From a virus (lineage: Duplodnaviria > Caudoviricetes), in the IMG/VR virus record IMGVR_UViG_3300030372_004498, positions 1-47,153 of that record: a stretch of DNA of 47,153 nucleotides; one strand, 5' to 3'. Below, piece by piece: positions 36,120 through 43,972 of the stretch (its first letter is position 1; each line of letters starts with the position of its first letter). The notes under the pieces are model-generated. The model worked only from the letters and a program-made list of their open reading frames with translations, was not told the DNA's origin and searched no databases. The position numbers were made by a program, and so were the translations under genes.

Positions 36120-36492
36120 CCTGCCGTTTACCGCCAGCATTGCAGCGGGCAAGGGGCGCAGCGCCGAGCAGAACAGGCTTCAACGCCGCTGGATGCTGGA
36201 AGCCGCCGAACAGCTAGGCACCGACACCGCAGAGGGCTTTCGCGGATACGCCAAGTTGCACTTCGGCATCCCGATCCTACGCGCCGAGAACGAACACTTC
36301 GCCGCCGAGTATGACGCCGTAATCCGCCCCCTGCCCTATGAGCAAAAGCTGCGCCTGATGATGGTGCCGTTTGACTTCGGAGTAACCCGCCAAATGACGA
36401 CCAAGCAGAAGACGCAATACCTCGACGCCGTAGCGGCCCACTTTCGGAGCCTTGGCGTTGTCCTGACCATGCCAACGGAGCGCAACCAATGA
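36052..36492 (+). CDS. NinB/Orf-like recombination protein
   Basis: RS.EQN.L..W...A.Q, T..MT.KQ...YLD.V.......GV.L. Confidence 0.75.
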   Translation: MATRTVTNPEQLDSLIALLRARDLPFTASIAAGKGRSAEQNRLQRRWMLEAAEQLGTDTAEGFRGYAKLHFGIPILRAENEHFAAEYDAVIRPLPYEQKLRLMMVPFDFGVTRQMTTKQKTQYLDAVAAHFRSLGVVLTMPTERNQ

Positions 36493-36929
36493 GGGCCACA
36501 GTAATCACAGACGCCAGCTTTTGCCCCCGCACTAAGGCCGCAGGATGGGCCGCTTGGATACGCATAGACGGCATGGACACGCCGATCAAGAAATACGCCG
36601 AGTTCAAGACCCCTGTCAGGACTGCAATGCAGGCGGAAATGCTTGCCGCTATCAACGGCATTTGGCTGGCAAAGCAGCATGGCGCGACCACGATTTTACT
36701 GCAAACGGATTGCTTGGCCGTGGTTCACATGGTCGAAGGCCGGACTAAAAAGCAGCACCTGAAGGACGGGTTCACCCGCGCCGCTGCATCGGCTGGCATT
36801 CTCGGCCTTAATTACACCGCCCGCCATGTTCGCGGCCATACCGATGTTGCGGACGCCCGCTCATACGTCAACAGGTGGTGCGATGGACGCGCGAAAGCGG
36901 CAATGCGCCGTCAGCGGGTGGCAGCATGA
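36489..36929 (+). CDS. Ribonuclease H-like protein
   Basis: ITDAS....AGWA, AEM.A..NG, QTDC, HV.GH, N.WCD..AK (D-E-D-H-D catalytic set). Confidence 0.85.
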   Translation: MRATVITDASFCPRTKAAGWAAWIRIDGMDTPIKKYAEFKTPVRTAMQAEMLAAINGIWLAKQHGATTILLQTDCLAVVHMVEGRTKKQHLKDGFTRAAASAGILGLNYTARHVRGHTDVADARSYVNRWCDGRAKAAMRRQRVAA

Positions 36930-37252
36930 ACAAGCCCCTCCGCCGCACCCCCATGCGCCGCAAGTCGGCAGGCACCACGAAAGCCCGCACCGCCGCGCGT
37001 GGCGAGGACTGCCAACTGCGCCTGTCCTGCTGCAACCACGACCCTGAGACAACCGTGCTGGCACATATCCGCATGTTTGGCTGGGCAGGCACCGCACAGA
37101 AGCCGCCTGACTATCTCGGCATCTTCGCTTGCAGCAACTGCCATGACGCGCTCGACCGCCGCTCTAACGACGCGGAATGGGGCTTTGACGATGTATTGCG
37201 GGCAACGGGGAACACCCTGATCCGGCAATTTGAGAAAGGCGCATGGAAATGA
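36926..37252 (+). CDS. DUF1364 (YbcO-like) protein
   Basis: ARGE.CQLR...C..DPETTVLAH......G...KP.D....FACS.CHD..D. Confidence 0.85.
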   Translation: MNKPLRRTPMRRKSAGTTKARTAARGEDCQLRLSCCNHDPETTVLAHIRMFGWAGTAQKPPDYLGIFACSNCHDALDRRSNDAEWGFDDVLRATGNTLIRQFEKGAWK

Positions 37253-37413
37253 CCCCGACCAACGAAGTGATGCAACGCAACCTGTCTATCCAGCAGGGCC
37301 GCAACGCCAAGAAGCAGGCCGAGATTAACCGCTTGTGGAAGGTGGTGGAACGCCTGACCGCAGACAAGGCCGCGCTATTGGCCGATTTGAAAAAAGCACG
37401 AGGTGAAGCATGA
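37249..37413 (+). CDS. Small hypothetical protein (54 aa)
   Basis: ATGA-coupled at both ends. Confidence 0.6.
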   Translation: MTPTNEVMQRNLSIQQGRNAKKQAEINRLWKVVERLTADKAALLADLKKARGEA

Positions 37414-37781
37414 CCGTGGATATTTCAAGCGAGGCGTTTGATTGGAAAGCCGCATGGCACGCGCTGGACGAAGAACACCGCGCCCAAGCCGAGCGCATCA
37501 AGGAGCTGGAGCTAAGTCTTAGTGTTTCAACAGAGGAGGCCGTTTTATGGTTTGACGTGGCACAGCGCAAAACCGCTAAAGCTAGAATCGCCCGCAATGA
37601 CGCGCTGCGGGAGGCGGCTCAGCATATCCGAGACCATGCCGAAGTCGCCCGCAAGAAAATGCGTGAGGCATATGAGCTTGGTTCTAGGGATATAGCCAGC
37701 ACATGGAGCGCGATCATTTCACACCTAGACATCGAAGTAGATGCAATCCTCGCCCTTATCGAAGGAGCTACCAATGACTGA
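37410..37781 (+). CDS. Hypothetical protein
   Basis: 123 aa; RNDALREAA motif common in phage early genes. Confidence 0.7.
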   Translation: MTVDISSEAFDWKAAWHALDEEHRAQAERIKELELSLSVSTEEAVLWFDVAQRKTAKARIARNDALREAAQHIRDHAEVARKKMREAYELGSRDIASTWSAIISHLDIEVDAILALIEGATND

Positions 37782-38139
37782 GCAAGTAGAGCGTGATGGG
37801 TATGACCAGTTTTGGGACGTAGTGGAATCTGCGCCGGTGCATCAAGGGCATATCGCGCAACCGATAGATGCCCTTCGATCAGCTTGGCTGGTTCGTGACT
37901 TGACGGAGGATGACTTCCGCGCAGCCCGCGCCGCTATCGCCGCCCTTACCGTGACACCGCAGGAGGCGGCGAAGGTGCGGGAAGCCGTAGGCGAGCAAGC
38001 AACCGAAGTGAACCGAGCGTTCATAATCGCCGCCAACGCAAGACCAGCGGGCGGACCGCAGGCAATCTATGAGGTCGAGTTAATATTGGAGCGGGCCGTG
38101 AAAGCCTTACGCGCTATCTCGGAGGACAGCCATGAGTAA
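37774..38139 (+). CDS. Hypothetical protein
   Basis: GAAGGAG SD before ATG 37774. Confidence 0.7.
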   Translation: MTEQVERDGYDQFWDVVESAPVHQGHIAQPIDALRSAWLVRDLTEDDFRAARAAIAALTVTPQEAAKVREAVGEQATEVNRAFIIAANARPAGGPQAIYEVELILERAVKALRAISEDSHE

Positions 38140-38458
38140 CGCACTAGACGGCTATGATGCGAGTGAATACCACCGCCTGAACATGCAGGTTGCGCGGGTA
38201 ACTGGAGCCAAGGCTGCCGTCGATCAGGCTCTTGAGCGGGCGCGAGAGATAAAGAGCATCCCGAAGTGGATGATCCGGTATCTTGAGAGCGCAGCAGAAC
38301 GATTGCCTGGCCTTTCCACAGACCTAGCCACGTTGCGGGATGGGTGCTGCGATGCTGAAATATGGAAGCCAAGACCCGCCGTTCGCTGTGAGCATTGCGG
38401 GGCCATTACGGGCCACCATCTGCGATGCCCGAACTTGAAGGAGGGGAAGGACGCATGA
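38132..38458 (+). CDS. Hypothetical protein
   Basis: GGAGG SD; C-terminal CEHCG...H...CP. Confidence 0.7.
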   Translation: MSNALDGYDASEYHRLNMQVARVTGAKAAVDQALERAREIKSIPKWMIRYLESAAERLPGLSTDLATLRDGCCDAEIWKPRPAVRCEHCGAITGHHLRCPNLKEGKDA

Positions 38459-38555
38459 CCGACGAAGACCGCAAACGCATTCTGCGCGAGTTAGCCCGTG
38501 CCAAAGCTGCATTCCAGCTTCGCACGATCCGCGCCGTTATTTAGGAGGGGAAACC

Positions 38556-38765
38556 ATGCCAGCAAGACTGATGAAAATTCACGACGCCGCAACCTATCTT
38601 GGCATGAGCGTCACCAAGCTAAAGTCAAAGGGGCTACCCGTTCGCCGGGATGGCGGCAACGTCCTGTATGACCGTCTCGACCTTGACGATTACGCGAACA
38701 ACCTGCCGTATGATGGCAAAAAGCAGACGGGGAGCGTCGAAGAATGGCAAAAGGCGTTCGACTAA
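38556..38765 (+). CDS. xis: Excisionase-like HTH protein
   Basis: RLM...DAA.YLG.S......G.....GG.VLYDR.DLD; overlaps int. Confidence 0.8.
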   Translation: MPARLMKIHDAATYLGMSVTKLKSKGLPVRRDGGNVLYDRLDLDDYANNLPYDGKKQTGSVEEWQKAFD

Positions 38766-39775
38766 AGGGCATCAAGGTTGTCACCAAGCCCAACGGCAAG
38801 CGATACGTTTACCGCCGCGTAAGGGGGCAATTCGTATCTCTGCCGGACCTACCGGAGAACCACCCCGACTTTCTGCGGGCATATGTGGACGCCGAGCATT
38901 ACGCCCCGACTGACGGAACGCTCGCCAGCACGATTAAGCTATTCATTGCCTCAAACGACTTCAAACAGCGCAAGGAAAGCACCCGCAAGGTATGGCGGCG
39001 CAGGCTGGAGAAGATCGCCATGCAGTACGGCACATCGCCTATCGACAAGCTGACGACTGATCTAGTCAACAAGGCTATTCGGAAAGTATCACCCGGCGCA
39101 CAGCGGGGGGAGCGCACAATCTGGCGGGCTATCTTTGCCTTTGCACAGTCTGAGTTCCTACGCAGTGACAACCCGGCCAAGGATGCGATGATAGGCAAGA
39201 CAAAGGCCGTACCGCACGGCACATGGACACCGGATGATGTGGCGGTGTTTCGCGCCCGCTGGCCCGTAGGGACACCAGAGCGCCAAGCGTTCGAGGTGAT
39301 CTATTGGACCGCCGCCCGGTGCATTGATGCCGCCGTGATAGGCTGGCAGCACGTCAGCGACGGCGTACTGGAGTTTGTACAGGAGAAAACCGGGGGAACG
39401 GCTGTTGTGCCAATCACCGCGCCCGTAGCGCCGTATCTGGAGAATGACAGGCGCATGTTCCTAGAGGCCGCGTCACCTGACCTGCTGTTCATCCTCACAA
39501 GCACAGGCAAGGGCCGATCTGTGAAGGCTCTAAGCCAGTTCGTAAGCCGCGCTGCGCGTGATGCTGGCCTAGAGAACCGCACCGCCCATGGGCTGCGCCG
39601 CGCCCGCGCCGTTGTGCTGGCTGAGAACGGCTGGACACCTCACCAGATTGGCGCATGGACGGGGCATGAATCCTTGGCCGAGGTCAGCCATTACACCCGC
39701 GATGCGAACAAACGGAGCATGGTTGTTGGAAACCACGTTGGAAACTCCGGCAATGTGAAGCGGTTTCCGTCATAA
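38744..39775 (+). CDS. int: Tyrosine integrase
   Basis: TAAR..D, QEKTG, HGLRR, GH, HYT catalytic residues. Confidence 0.95.
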   Translation: MAKGVRLKGIKVVTKPNGKRYVYRRVRGQFVSLPDLPENHPDFLRAYVDAEHYAPTDGTLASTIKLFIASNDFKQRKESTRKVWRRRLEKIAMQYGTSPIDKLTTDLVNKAIRKVSPGAQRGERTIWRAIFAFAQSEFLRSDNPAKDAMIGKTKAVPHGTWTPDDVAVFRARWPVGTPERQAFEVIYWTAARCIDAAVIGWQHVSDGVLEFVQEKTGGTAVVPITAPVAPYLENDRRMFLEAASPDLLFILTSTGKGRSVKALSQFVSRAARDAGLENRTAHGLRRARAVVLAENGWTPHQIGAWTGHESLAEVSHYTRDANKRSMVVGNHVGNSGNVKRFPS

Positions 39776-39799
39776 AAATAAGGGGTGCTATAGACATTG

Positions 39800-39815
39800 T
39801 GGCGGACCCTAGAGG
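39800..39815 (-). other. attP core resembling a tRNA 3' end (CCTCTAGGGTCCGCCA)
   Basis: Parses as T-arm half + acceptor half + G discriminator + CCA; 25 bp after int; flanked by TTGGAAAC arm-type repeats (39726, 39738, 39901). Confidence 0.75.
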
Positions 39816-39910
39816 TCTGCGCGAAACCTGCGCCCGCCATGCACTTACGGGGAAACCGGATGCATCGCGGGGCTATGGTTGCCGATGGTTAGCGGGGGGA
39901 TTGGAAACGG

Positions 39911-40081
39911 TTAGTCCGAAACCCGCTTGATGCCGTGAGTGTCTTGAAGTTCATACGCCACGTTATGATCCCCCTCCCACTCGCCAGCCTCAAACTTGGC
40001 CCACGCTTCTTCTTCGGTTTCAGCCTCAACTGTCACCAGATCAGATGCGATGTATGTTGCCTTAATCTCAAATTCGGCCAT
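39911..40081 (-). CDS. Small acidic protein (56 aa, not in ORF track)
   Basis: MAEFEIKATY...VEAETEEEAW; ATAGGAG SD. Confidence 0.75.
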   Translation of the reverse strand: MAEFEIKATYIASDLVTVEAETEEEAWAKFEAGEWEGDHNVAYELQDTHGIKRVSD

Positions 40082-40115
40082 GTCTATCTCCTATGTTGAG
40101 GGGGGCTTAGCCCTC

Positions 40116-40349
40116 CTATGTGGACTTGAAGCGGGCGAGATAAGCCCAAGCTTCATCAAGTTGATCATCATCAAGCCGCAGCGCGGCCAGAGCCTCCACC
40201 AGCGCCCGCGCCTCTTTGGTCATCCGCTTCGGTGGCTTTGGGCATTGGCAATCCGCATGGTCTCCGCCGACAGCCCGGCTCCAACAGCCCGGCACGAGAA
40301 ACTTCCCGCCCGGAACATCATCAGCCTTATGCCACCGACAAACCTGCAA
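40116..40349 (-). CDS. Cassette hypothetical protein (TTG start)
   Basis: AGGAG 7 nt before TTG; CRW....PGC......DC.C. Confidence 0.7.
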   Translation of the reverse strand: MQVCRWHKADDVPGGKFLVPGCWSRAVGGDHADCQCPKPPKRMTKEARALVEALAALRLDDDQLDEAWAYLARFKST

Positions 40350-40359
40350 ACCCGCGCTC

Positions 40360-40611
40360 CTATTCAGACTCGCCAGTAAGGCCGGTAGCCATCGCGGCAT
40401 CCCACCCGTCGTTGTGGCCAAGAACGTAGCAGCGATCTGACTTGAACCGCTCAATCGCGCGCGCCTGCTCTTTCAGCTTGTCGCTCACTTGATCGAGGAT
40501 GTGCGCGTGCAACCCCATTGCGGCCAGCCCTTCACGCATCTTGTGCAGGTCTTGGCACATGACGCGCACTGCCGCGTCCTTGGGATTGTGCATTTCAACT
40601 GTATCAGCCAT
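40360..40611 (-). CDS. Cassette hypothetical protein
   Basis: 83 aa; AGGAG SD. Confidence 0.75.
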   Translation of the reverse strand: MADTVEMHNPKDAAVRVMCQDLHKMREGLAAMGLHAHILDQVSDKLKEQARAIERFKSDRCYVLGHNDGWDAAMATGLTGESE

Positions 40612-40620
40612 CGCTTTCTC

Positions 40621-40881
40621 CTATTCAGACTCACGGCGCGCGCGGGTCATGCGCGCCAATTCCTTCATTGTGACCTCGACCGCGCCAGCCTCAACGGCAA
40701 GCGCCCGCTTTGACATGGCTATGTCGAAATGCTCCCGCGCTGTTCCCGCGCTCTGTATCCACTTGCGCGCGACACCGATCCGGTCGGCCATTGCTAGCAA
40801 TTCCTCGGTGCTATCCGCTATCATGTGGCACATTTTCATCCGTCCGAACTGCGCCTGCATGTTGTCGACATAAACCGCCAT
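40621..40881 (-). CDS. DUF4031 family protein
   Basis: MAVYVD......GRM.MCHMIADS.EEL.AMA.RIG..R.W.Q......HFDI..SKR..AV..GA. Confidence 0.85.
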   Translation of the reverse strand: MAVYVDNMQAQFGRMKMCHMIADSTEELLAMADRIGVARKWIQSAGTAREHFDIAMSKRALAVEAGAVEVTMKELARMTRARRESE

Positions 40882-40891
40882 CGCCATTCTC

Positions 40892-41086
40892 CTATCTGGA
40901 CTCGGCGCTGTCGAGAAAATCGACGTGCGCGCCCTTCTTCGTCACCACGCAATCCGAAGCCCGCGCGCGGCACGGTGGCCACCCCGCAGGCTCAACAAAT
41001 TCGCCGGCCCCATCGGTTCCTGCACGCAGAACAACCCAGTCCTCACCTGTCGGCTTGTGATGGACCTCATCGCCTCGCTCAATCAT
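40892..41086 (-). CDS. Cassette hypothetical protein
   Basis: GD.V.H.PTGE.WVV...GWP......SDC; AGGAGG SD. Confidence 0.75.
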   Translation of the reverse strand: MIERGDEVHHKPTGEDWVVLRAGTDGAGEFVEPAGWPPCRARASDCVVTKKGAHVDFLDSAESR

Positions 41087-41096
41087 ACTGCACCTC

Positions 41097-41891
41097 CTAT
41101 TTGGATTTAGGTTTCATCGATAGGATACGCGCCGCCGCTTCGGGGCTTACATCCTCGACCATCCGCGCCGCTTGCTCGATGAACGCGCCAGCGTGAGGCT
41201 CTACCACCCGCTTATTATGGGCGGGGTTCTCGAAGTATATCGCCACGCGTTCAGCCGCCAACGCCTCGCGCATGGTGCCGTAATACTCGACATCAACGCG
41301 CGCGCTGTCCGGCCACCAATCTGACTGGCTTTTGTGCTGCTGTTCGCGGGTCCGATGATTGATGCAGGCACCCACATAGAGTAGCGCACCATCTGCATCG
41401 AAATGCCGATAAACGCATGGGCGGCGATCCGGCAGCGGCGGGCCTTGAACCTCGACCACCTTCTTGCGTTTGCGCTTCTTGCCAACGCGACGGCTCTCCG
41501 AGACGTGAAAGACATTTTGGCGGCGCGCGACCTCGGCCACGAAAGCCGCTTCGTCTTCGGGCGTGGTGATCTCTCCGCCGCCGACCACAAGGCGAACCTC
41601 CTGCTCCGCCACTGCGTCAATCAGCCAGCGCGCGTCGTTCTTTGACACGGCGGCGCAGAACTCGGAATGAACGTGGATTTCATCACCCGGCAGCGCGGCG
41701 AAAAGAAGATCGTTGCGCCCGACCAACTGGTTTTGAGGGCGGGTCGATCCACGCGAAATATCATCTTCCCAGATCGGCCCGAACTGGTCGTCAGAGACGC
41801 CGGAAGCGACCAAATGCGCTATCTGATCCTTGCGAGAAGGACGCCCCGGCGCGGCGAGGATGTAGCCCCACTTTATGGATTCACCGACCAT
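41097..41891 (-). CDS. Degenerate resolvase-fold domain fused to a GIY-YIG nuclease
   Basis: N-terminus aligns to the resolvase pattern (GY...S...Q...L...G...IWED..S...R..LL...PGD.I.V) without the RVS/DRL residues; C-terminal VYR.FD....LLYVG......R..QH...AE..AI..ENP.HN. Confidence 0.75.
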   Translation of the reverse strand: MVGESIKWGYILAAPGRPSRKDQIAHLVASGVSDDQFGPIWEDDISRGSTRPQNQLVGRNDLLFAALPGDEIHVHSEFCAAVSKNDARWLIDAVAEQEVRLVVGGGEITTPEDEAAFVAEVARRQNVFHVSESRRVGKKRKRKKVVEVQGPPLPDRRPCVYRHFDADGALLYVGACINHRTREQQHKSQSDWWPDSARVDVEYYGTMREALAAERVAIYFENPAHNKRVVEPHAGAFIEQAARMVEDVSPEAAARILSMKPKSK

Positions 41892-41895
41892 CTTC

Positions 41896-42099
41896 TTAAC
41901 ACCCCTCGGCGTCGGGGGGTGTCTGATCACCTTCTTTCATCGGGCCATTTTGCCCCGCCAAGAACTGGCGAAGCGCGGCGACGATCACCGCAGACCGCGA
42001 AGGCGGCACGGGTTGCTGGGCGATCCATGCGTCCAAATCCGCAAGCAGATCGGGCGGCAGGGTCGTGTTCACGGGTTTGTTTATACGCGGCATATTCAT
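41896..42099 (-). CDS. CopG/RHH transcriptional regulator
   Basis: VNTTLPPDLLADLDAW......SRSAVI..ALRQFL. Confidence 0.85.
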   Translation of the reverse strand: MNMPRINKPVNTTLPPDLLADLDAWIAQQPVPPSRSAVIVAALRQFLAGQNGPMKEGDQTPPDAEGC

Positions 42100-42106
42100 G
42101 CCTTTA

Positions 42107-42182
42107 CCGATAGCGCACACACAAAGCAACGTCAACACTTGTGCGCACACATGTTGACGAGTGCGCACACATCGGCTAGAAA
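42107..42182. promoter_or_regulatory. Back-to-back promoters with GCGCACACA operator repeats
   Basis: Plus TTGACG(42154)-17-TAGAAA; minus TTGACG(42135)-17-TATCGG; GCGCACACA at 42113, 42143, 42163; GTCAACA/TGTTGAC inverted repeat. Confidence 0.75.
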
Positions 42183-42213
42183 GGGTGCAAATCCACCAAT
42201 CCCCGGAGGCACC

Positions 42214-42405
42214 ATGGCAGAGGAAACGTACAGCACAGACGGGCCGGAATGCCCCTACTGCGGCCACCAGCACCAGCCGAGCGAAGACCCCGGCCACTAT
42301 TACAACGAGGGCAATGACAGCAGCACATGCGAAAGCTGCGACAAGGACTTCAAAATGTCGGTCTATGTCTCGCACTCTTGGACCTGCGAAACCTTTGACG
42401 ACTGA
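42214..42405 (+). CDS. Small zinc-ribbon protein
   Basis: CPYCG...CESC.K.F; GGAGG SD. Confidence 0.8.
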   Translation: MAEETYSTDGPECPYCGHQHQPSEDPGHYYNEGNDSSTCESCDKDFKMSVYVSHSWTCETFDD

Positions 42406-42429
42406 ATCCAACAATCCCCGGAGGCACCC

Positions 42430-42630
42430 ATGAAGATCAACGCGGATACGGCAGAGGGCGGCGGGCGCGTCGAAGTTGAAGCCACAGAGGATGGCAACGT
42501 CCTCCTCTCATGGCTCGCTGCGGACGGCGAAACGTTTCGCTGGTGGAAGCTCGGCGCAGAGCAAGCCGACCACCTCGGCGACATCATCAAGAACCACGCA
42601 CGGAAGGCGGCGGAAGCCGCGTCCAGCTAA
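42430..42630 (+). CDS. Cassette hypothetical protein
   Basis: 66 aa; GGAGG SD. Confidence 0.75.
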   Translation: MKINADTAEGGGRVEVEATEDGNVLLSWLAADGETFRWWKLGAEQADHLGDIIKNHARKAAEAASS

Positions 42631-42644
42631 CCCCGGAGGCCGAT

Positions 42645-42953
42645 ATGATTTCAAATATCAGCGAAAAGATAGGGCCAGCGCGCAAGCCGCACCGCTGCGA
42701 AGAATGCGGGCGCACGATCCCGAAGGGCGAGGTTTATCTGCGCCAAGTCAACGCGGACGGAGCGCAGGTTTGGACATTTAAGGCTCATACAGATTGCGCC
42801 GAGTTGGGCGTTGCCTACCGGACAAAGCATAGGCTGTGGGACGAATACGATTGGCTTCCGATGTATGAACTCGCGGACGACGACCACCTCTTAGGCCAGT
42901 GGCGAGGGCGCTATCCTCACGCCGTTTGTCGCCTCGAATTTAACCAGTCCTAA
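42645..42953 (+). CDS. Cassette zinc-binding protein
   Basis: ARK.H.C.EC...I.KGE.Y.......H..C motif; GGAGG SD. Confidence 0.8.
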   Translation: MISNISEKIGPARKPHRCEECGRTIPKGEVYLRQVNADGAQVWTFKAHTDCAELGVAYRTKHRLWDEYDWLPMYELADDDHLLGQWRGRYPHAVCRLEFNQS

Positions 42954-42970
42954 AAACCCCCGGAGGCACT

Positions 42971-43207
42971 ATGACCGACCTAGATATAATCAAAGCCCTG
43001 CAAGACGGGGACCGACCCACCTTCGGCATCCATGGCCGAAACATGGAGGTTATGGGCCTAATGTCGCGGATGGAGGAAGCGGGGCTGATAAGTACCGACG
43101 ACGCCAGCCTGTCGCAAGAAACCCGCCGCCGCGCGATATGGGTTGCAGAGGACCGGCGCGGGGAACAGCCCGCGTCAATTCTCGCGTCCCTGTCGCAATC
43201 CAACTAA
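42971..43207 (+). CDS. Cassette hypothetical (winged-helix-like) protein
   Basis: 78 aa; GGAGG SD. Confidence 0.75.
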   Translation: MTDLDIIKALQDGDRPTFGIHGRNMEVMGLMSRMEEAGLISTDDASLSQETRRRAIWVAEDRRGEQPASILASLSQSN

Positions 43208-43228
43208 CCCCCATCACAGGAGCCACAC

Positions 43229-43497
43229 ATGACTGAGACAGCACCGGAACGGATATGGGCGACACATAGCGAGACGTGGGCGCTGTTGAGTTGGGGCAAT
43301 GGGCTGACACAGTTCGCCATAAAGGCGGAACCGAATACGTCCGCGCCGATCTGCTGGATGATGCGGTGAAGGCGCTGGAACGTGCGCTTGATTGGGCAGC
43401 ATGTCACCGCGACCACCCCGGCACGATCAACCATAATGCAATTCTGTTTGACCTAGAAGCGCGGGAAGTCCTCGCCAAGCTAAGGAGCAAGCCATGA
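43229..43497 (+). pseudogene. Frameshifted APERIW...EYVRADL-type phage gene
   Basis: MTETAPERIWATHS in one frame, GQW...TEYVRADL in another; shift near 43270. Confidence 0.6.
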
Positions 43498-43658
43498 AGG
43501 TATCAGGACCATATATTGAGTACGCCCGCCACAAGTGCGGCGTCTTGGTTTCGGAAAAGGTGAACCCAAACACTGACAAAATCAAAGCGCGAATGGACGA
43601 GGTTCGTGAACACAACGATACCGCCGTTTGCGCCCATTGCCAAGGACAGCACCCATGA
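43494..43658 (+). CDS. Small hypothetical protein (54 aa)
   Basis: AAGGAG SD; ATGA overlaps. Confidence 0.65.
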   Translation: MKVSGPYIEYARHKCGVLVSEKVNPNTDKIKARMDEVREHNDTAVCAHCQGQHP

Positions 43659-43972
43659 CCAATGCAAACGCATTACCGATACAAGCGCGGCTGCGAGGTT
43701 CAGTAGCCGCCGCAGCGCAGGCATACACCGATGCATGGTTCAACAACCCCGGAACCGCCCGCCCGGTTCATTGCATCCCAGCAAAGGAAACCGACACAGA
43801 CTTGGTTTTAGCGCAAGGCATCAAAGAAGCCGCCGACCGCATAGACGCGCTAGAGAAGGCGCTGCGGGAGGGTCGTGACCTTATTGCAGGCGATGCAACA
43901 GGCGCAGAATGGAAGCGGGGATGCAGTGCGTTTCTGCAATCCGCCCGCGCCGCGCTTGGGGAGGGGGAGTAA
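43655..43972 (+). CDS. Hypothetical protein
   Basis: EAADRI..LE.ALR...ARAAL, a common phage motif. Confidence 0.7.
   Translation: MTNANALPIQARLRGSVAAAAQAYTDAWFNNPGTARPVHCIPAKETDTDLVLAQGIKEAADRIDALEKALREGRDLIAGDATGAEWKRGCSAFLQSARAALGEGE

Noticed and set aside
39800-39840. Phage-encoded tRNA
   Set aside because: Only the last 16 nt resemble a tRNA; no D, anticodon or T loop is present, so it is treated as the attP core.
39911-43231. CRISPR array or classical integron
   Set aside because: The repeats are short and degenerate and separated by whole genes; there are no cas genes and no attC hairpins, and the integrase looks like an ordinary phage integrase with its own attP.
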